Virus record (IMG/VR): IMGVR_UViG_3300028833_000120
Location: 20,978 to 84,977 of that record
Source: a virus
Taxonomy: Duplodnaviria > Caudoviricetes
Strand: one strand, 5' to 3'
Length of the DNA stretch: 64,000 nt
In this document: positions 58,950-64,000 of the stretch, piece after piece
How positions within the stretch are numbered: position 1 is the first letter of the stretch
How the letters are laid out: each line of letters starts with the position of its first letter
Program-made: the position numbers and the translations under genes
The notes under the pieces: generated by a model
Databases searched by the model: none
Told to the model about the DNA's origin: nothing
The model's input: only the letters and a program-made list of their open reading frames with translations

Positions 58950-59489
58950 TTAAACAAATGATTTAAACTTTTTGATATTTGATTTAACCAAATCAATATC
59001 AATGGGTTTAAAATCCCATTTGGAAGCATTACAACACACATTGTTGTTGTTCATGTTTGTATTTTCAAACATTCCGTGAAAACATAGAGAATCGTTCTTT
59101 TTCCCATACCAATCAATTAATGGAAAGTAACTTAGAACAATGTCTTTATCTTTTAATATTTCTATTTGATTTGGTGAAAACGAAATCTTTTCTTTTAATA
59201 AGTTATTGATACTTTTGTCTATATATTTTTTAAGAATGTTTTTTGAATCGATTTCGTCTTCAGAATAGAAATTGTTCAGAAAAATTATCTTTTTACCATT
59301 TAGTTGAAATATGGTGTCGTATATATCACAAATACCGAATCCACCAAGAACGTAAACAATATCTTCGTTTGTTACGACACTATTCCAATTGGAAATGACT
59401 TTCATGTTATATTCCAAATGATTTTCACCATAATGTTTCTCACAAGGTCTGTTAATCCAAGTGTCGCTTATAACAAATATCTTTCTCAA
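58950..59489 (-). CDS. Calcineurin-like phosphoesterase homologue with degenerate metal ligands
   Basis: FVISDTW, WNSVV...DIVYVLGGF, FLNNFY, LSYFPL and FHGM keep the family spacing but lack most His/Asp ligands. The TTG start at 59489 is uncertain. Confidence 0.6.
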   Translation of the reverse strand: MRKIFVISDTWINRPCEKHYGENHLEYNMKVISNWNSVVTNEDIVYVLGGFGICDIYDTIFQLNGKKIIFLNNFYSEDEIDSKNILKKYIDKSINNLLKEKISFSPNQIEILKDKDIVLSYFPLIDWYGKKNDSLCFHGMFENTNMNNNNVCCNASKWDFKPIDIDLVKSNIKKFKSFV

Positions 59490-59552
59490 AATAAAAAATA
59501 TTTTATGTGAGGGACCCAAAATGAATCCCTCACACAAGGTTAAACATAAGAA

Positions 59553-60542
59553 TTAATTACCAAGAACTGAGTTCAACCACGCTTCGTCAGCATCTGGATT
59601 AATTGTCTCGACATTTTCACTTGTCTCGACAGTTTTTACCGATGGAGTTTCCGATTGAACCACACTACTTTGACTTTCGATAATTTGATTTACAGTCTCA
59701 GTAGCACTTGCAACAGAAGTACGTGGTGCTGAATAATTTGAAGAATATGTGGCGAGAAGTGCATTCACCTTATCGACAGTCTCTTGATTCCATTCCTTCC
59801 ACTGATAATCGTTGATTTTTGGGGCGTCGGTTTTGAGCCACTCAACATACTCGTTCATAGACTCACGTGTTTGTTCCAATGTTTTTCCTTCACCGAAATG
59901 GAGGGGAGCTTTTCTGTCGGTAATGAATTTGCAAGCACTGTACTCAGCAACTTCACGACCACCATCCATCTTCTGGGCGGATTTAGTCAAGTTGATTTCA
60001 AACAATGGAGCTGAAATTGGTTGGAACGGATTAATTGGATTTGTAAACTCAGAACCCTTCAAAGCATCTTCAATCTTATCGTAGATTTTCTTTCCAAACT
60101 GGTAAATCATAAACTTACCATCATATTCAGGATGTTGAACATCTTTTACAACTTCGACAAGTGCATACCATTGCTGATATACATTAATTTTCTTAGAGTT
60201 TGCCTTATCGATGGCAGAATCACTTGAATAGAGTTTCCAACCCAACTCACGGATAGGACATTTTAAACCAGCAGTCTTCGGAGATACGACGAAAATACCA
60301 TTTTCACCATTTACATCTTTCAAGTAACACTCCCATCTCTCAATGGTTGTTTGAAGCTTATCTTGATAGATGAAAGGCATGAAACGAATCACGGCACGAT
60401 AGTTACCATCCTTACACTTCTCATCCTTAATACTCGGTTTGTAGAGATTTTCATTCAAACTTGTTTTTTTCTTACTCTCGGTCAATGTGAGAGCATCTTC
60501 TGTGGTCATAGTGAATAGACCAGTAAAATCTAAATTTCCCAT
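59553..60542 (-). CDS. Single-stranded DNA-binding protein (T4 gp32-like)
   Basis: LYKP...DGNYRAVIRFMP, CPI and FGKKIYDKI, with an acidic/low-complexity tail. Confidence 0.85.
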   Translation of the reverse strand: MGNLDFTGLFTMTTEDALTLTESKKKTSLNENLYKPSIKDEKCKDGNYRAVIRFMPFIYQDKLQTTIERWECYLKDVNGENGIFVVSPKTAGLKCPIRELGWKLYSSDSAIDKANSKKINVYQQWYALVEVVKDVQHPEYDGKFMIYQFGKKIYDKIEDALKGSEFTNPINPFQPISAPLFEINLTKSAQKMDGGREVAEYSACKFITDRKAPLHFGEGKTLEQTRESMNEYVEWLKTDAPKINDYQWKEWNQETVDKVNALLATYSSNYSAPRTSVASATETVNQIIESQSSVVQSETPSVKTVETSENVETINPDADEAWLNSVLGN

Positions 60543-60584
60543 AACTTTTTAAACTTTTTTGACTTATTTTATTATTATAAACTA

Positions 60585-60598
60585 TGTCCTTTCGGACA
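60585..60598 (-). promoter_or_regulatory. 5'-UTR GAAA-tetraloop hairpin upstream of the SSB gene
   Basis: UGUCC-GAAA-GGACA followed by an A/U-rich unstructured leader. Confidence 0.55.
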
Positions 60599-60651
60599 AA
60601 TTGTTTCAAACTTTATCAACTACAATATAAATATAACAAAAAAATTATAGA

Positions 60652-61572
60652 TTATTTCAAAATTCTATTTTTGTCTATCTTTATTTTTCCAGTATTGTTT
60701 GCATTACTCAAATTTAGTTTTCCACCTATTGTCATAACATTATTTAATTGACTGGTTTTCAATTTTTCTTCAAGTTGTTTTTCAGTTAATATTATCTTAC
60801 CGCCTTCTATTTTTTTAGACAATTCTTTTTTAATTGGATTTCCGTTTTTATCAACTTCAACATCTCCTTTGTAATATTGGTATGTTGCATTGTCGGATAT
60901 GACAACGGATGTAAATTCATTTGAGTTTTCATATTCTGAAAGTTGTGTCTGCATCTCTTCGTTTTCCGCTTCAAGTGTGGCAACCCTTTCTTGCAAATTG
61001 GAATTTTCGTTTAACAAAGAATCTATCTGTAAACGATTTTCATTCAAAGTTTGGTTCAATGACAATATCTGTGCATTTGCACTTTCCAACTGCTTTTTCA
61101 AAGAATTGACCATTGCTGTCAATGATGATGTCGACCATTTGCTTTCATCTGCCCAGTTTCCAATGAATATCACTTCTTCACCGGATGTGTATATCATATT
61201 TCCATCACCATCATAACACTCAAACACTCTGGTTATATAGAATGTGTTTGTTGACATTGCAAGAATGTTGTTGGCATCTTCTTTTGATATTTTAAAGAGC
61301 ACTTCACCGTTTGACCTATCGACTTGGAAATTTGAACCAGAGTTGTCATATTCTGATATACGGATTTCAGTTTTCTTGTTTTTGAAAACAAGAAATAGTC
61401 TCTGTCCGTTATCTGACAGATTAAGTAGTGTTTTGGAATCGGTGTTCCAATTGTTATATACTCTGAACAAATGATATGTGTCGAATGGATTTATCAAGAG
61501 ACATGTGTCTCCTTTTGCATATATAGTCTCATCAATGGTTCCATTTACATGGATTATATTTTCTTCACTCAT
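60652..61572 (-). CDS. Hypothetical protein with a coiled coil
   Basis: 306-aa ORF with a heptad region. Confidence 0.6.
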   Translation of the reverse strand: MSEENIIHVNGTIDETIYAKGDTCLLINPFDTYHLFRVYNNWNTDSKTLLNLSDNGQRLFLVFKNKKTEIRISEYDNSGSNFQVDRSNGEVLFKISKEDANNILAMSTNTFYITRVFECYDGDGNMIYTSGEEVIFIGNWADESKWSTSSLTAMVNSLKKQLESANAQILSLNQTLNENRLQIDSLLNENSNLQERVATLEAENEEMQTQLSEYENSNEFTSVVISDNATYQYYKGDVEVDKNGNPIKKELSKKIEGGKIILTEKQLEEKLKTSQLNNVMTIGGKLNLSNANNTGKIKIDKNRILK

Positions 61573-61586
61573 CTTATTCTATTGTT

Positions 61587-62492
61587 TTATTCTCTTGTAA
61601 GAAATACTGAGATAGGTACATAAGTGGATTCACCTTCATCAGAATTTCTGGTTAAAATATATGATGTTGATTTGTTTTCATCGAATGAAGAATCAACTTG
61701 GAAACCAAGAGATTCTATTCTATTCATCGTATCATATACTTCTACAATATTTGGAAGTGGTCTTCCAATAATAGACAATACATCGTCTTTTGAATTTGAA
61801 ATCAATAATTTATAAATAAATAGTTCAACAATATCAATTGTATCGTTTGAAAGAAATCTCAATAATTCACAGTATTTGAAGTCATCCTTTGTCTCACAAT
61901 ATCCATCCATTGTAACAAAATTATCGTCAAATATTGCATCGTTGTCATCAATTGTCTGAAATACAAATTCAACGATTGATGACATATTTTTCATTCTACG
62001 TTCATCAATCTTTATATATATTGTTTTCTCGGTTTTTTTATTTTCCACGACAAAAGTTGCTTCGACAATTTTTCTATCTATGCATTCTGCAACAATAGAT
62101 ATCATTTTGTCATAAATGTCGAGCCATGAATTACCATCGAACCTGAACACTAAAGAATTTTCGTCAGATTTCTGTACTTTAAAGAATCCGTTTTCGTCAA
62201 TATATATTCCAGATTCCCCATCTATTTTTAATGATATTGAACCATTTGAATCGACTATCATTCCTTTACCCGGCATCATAAGACCGATTTTATTTTCTTT
62301 TGCAATTCCAATAGATGGTATTACTGGTGTACCGGTTAAGTCACTATATCTTCCAGTCTTTGCAACTTGTTTTAGGTCTGTTATATCTTTTACTGTATGC
62401 TTATGGTCTTTTATGGCAAGTCTCTCTTTCAATTGTCTTAGAACTTGCTCAAGTCCTTCCAAAGTTAAAAAATTTCCCATATTATTATCCAA
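61587..62492 (-). CDS. Tail-fibre-like protein
   Basis: HKHTVKDITDL and VAKTGRYSDLTGTP fibre repeats. Confidence 0.5.
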   Translation of the reverse strand: MDNNMGNFLTLEGLEQVLRQLKERLAIKDHKHTVKDITDLKQVAKTGRYSDLTGTPVIPSIGIAKENKIGLMMPGKGMIVDSNGSISLKIDGESGIYIDENGFFKVQKSDENSLVFRFDGNSWLDIYDKMISIVAECIDRKIVEATFVVENKKTEKTIYIKIDERRMKNMSSIVEFVFQTIDDNDAIFDDNFVTMDGYCETKDDFKYCELLRFLSNDTIDIVELFIYKLLISNSKDDVLSIIGRPLPNIVEVYDTMNRIESLGFQVDSSFDENKSTSYILTRNSDEGESTYVPISVFLTRE

Positions 62493-63999
62493 AAATTTCT
62501 TGTATTGTCAAGTCGATTTGTTCATCTGTGATTGCAGAATCATCAGATGGACCTGTGTTTCCCGAACTTCCAGTTGTACCAGATGTCGAACATTCATATA
62601 TGAATGATGGTTTGGTCTGTTTCATAATAGTATCTACACACACAAGTTCTATCGTTGGTGTTTCGGATATATCTTCACCAGATATTACTATGTTTTGATT
62701 CCATTCGTTGTTTTCAAGACCAGTGTGAATATAAAGAAGTTTTCCATCAAAGTCTATATACTTCTTTATTTTCAATTTAAATGTCTGTCCTTCTTTCCAC
62801 GAAACTTTGCTGTCATCAATATAAATGTTCAGATTATTTGTACATGTGTCACCATCTACATAAAGAACAGCGAGGTTTGGACCCTCTTCCAAAACCGTAT
62901 ATGCACAAGGTATTTCGTTTAAATCTTGTCTGTGTATCGATAGTGGTGTATCTTCTGTAATCTCACTTCCCTCTATTTCAATTCCATCCTCTACGATATT
63001 AACATTAAGAAAATTATTTATCGAATATGATGAAAGTGTGGAATCTATTGTTATCATACCATCAGTTGACTTGTTTACCCTGATACCATATCCACTTGGT
63101 AAGATTGTTGATGTGTTGTCTTGTGATGATAAAAAGTTATCAACCTTTTGATTGACTTCTCCGATAAGGTCTGTCAGTGCATATTGGTCGGCGATTCCCG
63201 AACCATCGATTCTTGTTTCGAGAAGATTCAACCTGTCGGCGACAGATGTTACGGAATCCATACCATACAGAAGTGTTTCAAGTTCATGTACTCTTTTTTG
63301 AAGACTTGAAATCTCGGACTGCTGTCTATTGAAAATATCTATTGTTTTTTGTAATTTTACCATATCGTCCATATATTCTTGAAATGTATCTAACAAATCT
63401 TGGTTGTTGTTCTCATAGGAACCGGTCATATTACTTGTTGGATAGGCATCTATCTTAATATCAACTTTTAAAGCAAAGGAATTACCATTTGACAGATTTG
63501 TTGTCTTGTGTTTTGGATAACATTGGATATGATTTCTAGTATTGCCGCTTGTACCTTCTGATGTAACTTCTTCCAAGAACAAAACACCATATAGGTTTGT
63601 AACGGTTTCACCCGTTGCATTGTCTGTGAAATCATAATAGATTAGAATACAATTAAATTCAAAATTGTCGGGTGACAATTCATTCATTGTCATAATATCA
63701 GAATATCCGACAATATCATTCATATAGAATGAATCCCTGAAATCAATCATATATCCGTTGTCACTCGTATATGTGTTGTTCAAGGTTTCTTGGTTTCCCT
63801 CGTCGGTCGAAGTGTCAAAATCATAAATTGCAAGGGAACTTAAATCATTCGGTGTTCTGTTTCCATTACTTCTATCCCAACCAATTATATATTCATCATT
63901 AAGTGTATAGTTACCACCATTATAGTTATCATCGTTTACTGTGGTAAATCTCACTTCATAACTTGCACCAACTGTACTAGGAATATGAAGATATAATTC
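62485..63999 (-). CDS. Structural protein (baseplate/tail region), 5' end outside the window
   Basis: The frame stays open from GTG 63954 to the window edge (ELYLHIPSTVG...). Confidence 0.55.
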   Translation of the reverse strand, partial: ELYLHIPSTVGASYEVRFTTVNDDNYNGGNYTLNDEYIIGWDRSNGNRTPNDLSSLAIYDFDTSTDEGNQETLNNTYTSDNGYMIDFRDSFYMNDIVGYSDIMTMNELSPDNFEFNCILIYYDFTDNATGETVTNLYGVLFLEEVTSEGTSGNTRNHIQCYPKHKTTNLSNGNSFALKVDIKIDAYPTSNMTGSYENNNQDLLDTFQEYMDDMVKLQKTIDIFNRQQSEISSLQKRVHELETLLYGMDSVTSVADRLNLLETRIDGSGIADQYALTDLIGEVNQKVDNFLSSQDNTSTILPSGYGIRVNKSTDGMITIDSTLSSYSINNFLNVNIVEDGIEIEGSEITEDTPLSIHRQDLNEIPCAYTVLEEGPNLAVLYVDGDTCTNNLNIYIDDSKVSWKEGQTFKLKIKKYIDFDGKLLYIHTGLENNEWNQNIVISGEDISETPTIELVCVDTIMKQTKPSFIYECSTSGTTGSSGNTGPSDDSAITDEQIDLTIQEIFG

Positions 64000-64000
64000 A

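Noticed and set aside
1-64000. Alternative genetic code (TAG recoding as in Lak and some crAss-like phages)
   Set aside because: Long genes are intact under code 11. TAG ends genes at sensible positions (6685, 7641, 10496, 15433, 57421), often right after the LF/LW tail.
1-64000. tRNA or rRNA genes
   Set aside because: Intergenic gaps are short and explained by promoters and terminators. No cloverleaf was noticed by eye, and tRNAscan-SE was not run.

Overview
AT-rich segment of a large T4-like (jumbo) myovirus genome in the standard genetic code. The host is probably Bacteroidota: there is a DUF4494-like gene, Bacteroidetes-like TAnnTTT promoter elements and no obvious Shine-Dalgarno sites. 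Replication and recombination genes include a gp47 nuclease, a probable clamp, a family B polymerase broken by a +1 frame change, a gp62-like gene, RNase H and gp32. Transcription and translation genes include a gp55-like sigma, a gp33-like protein, a sigma70-like factor and an S1 homologue. Tail, baseplate and neck genes are also present. The most notable part is a ~16 kb island (2.0-18.3 kb) with 12 orphan DNA methyltransferase genes and no recognisable nuclease. Most of these MTases end in the same LF/LW tail as the phage polymerase, a putative sliding-clamp tether. One SAM-binding half-enzyme appears to serve two alternative NPPY/TRD half-enzymes. The MTases are interleaved, through compact back-to-back early/late promoter cassettes, with late genes carrying a T4 internal-protein capsid-targeting motif. 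Two promoter motifs (TTGTTATATTTA, often near-leaderless, and CATAAATA), four candidate frameshift sites and a shared 5'-UTR hairpin are also visible. All family assignments come from motifs recognised by eye; no database search was run.
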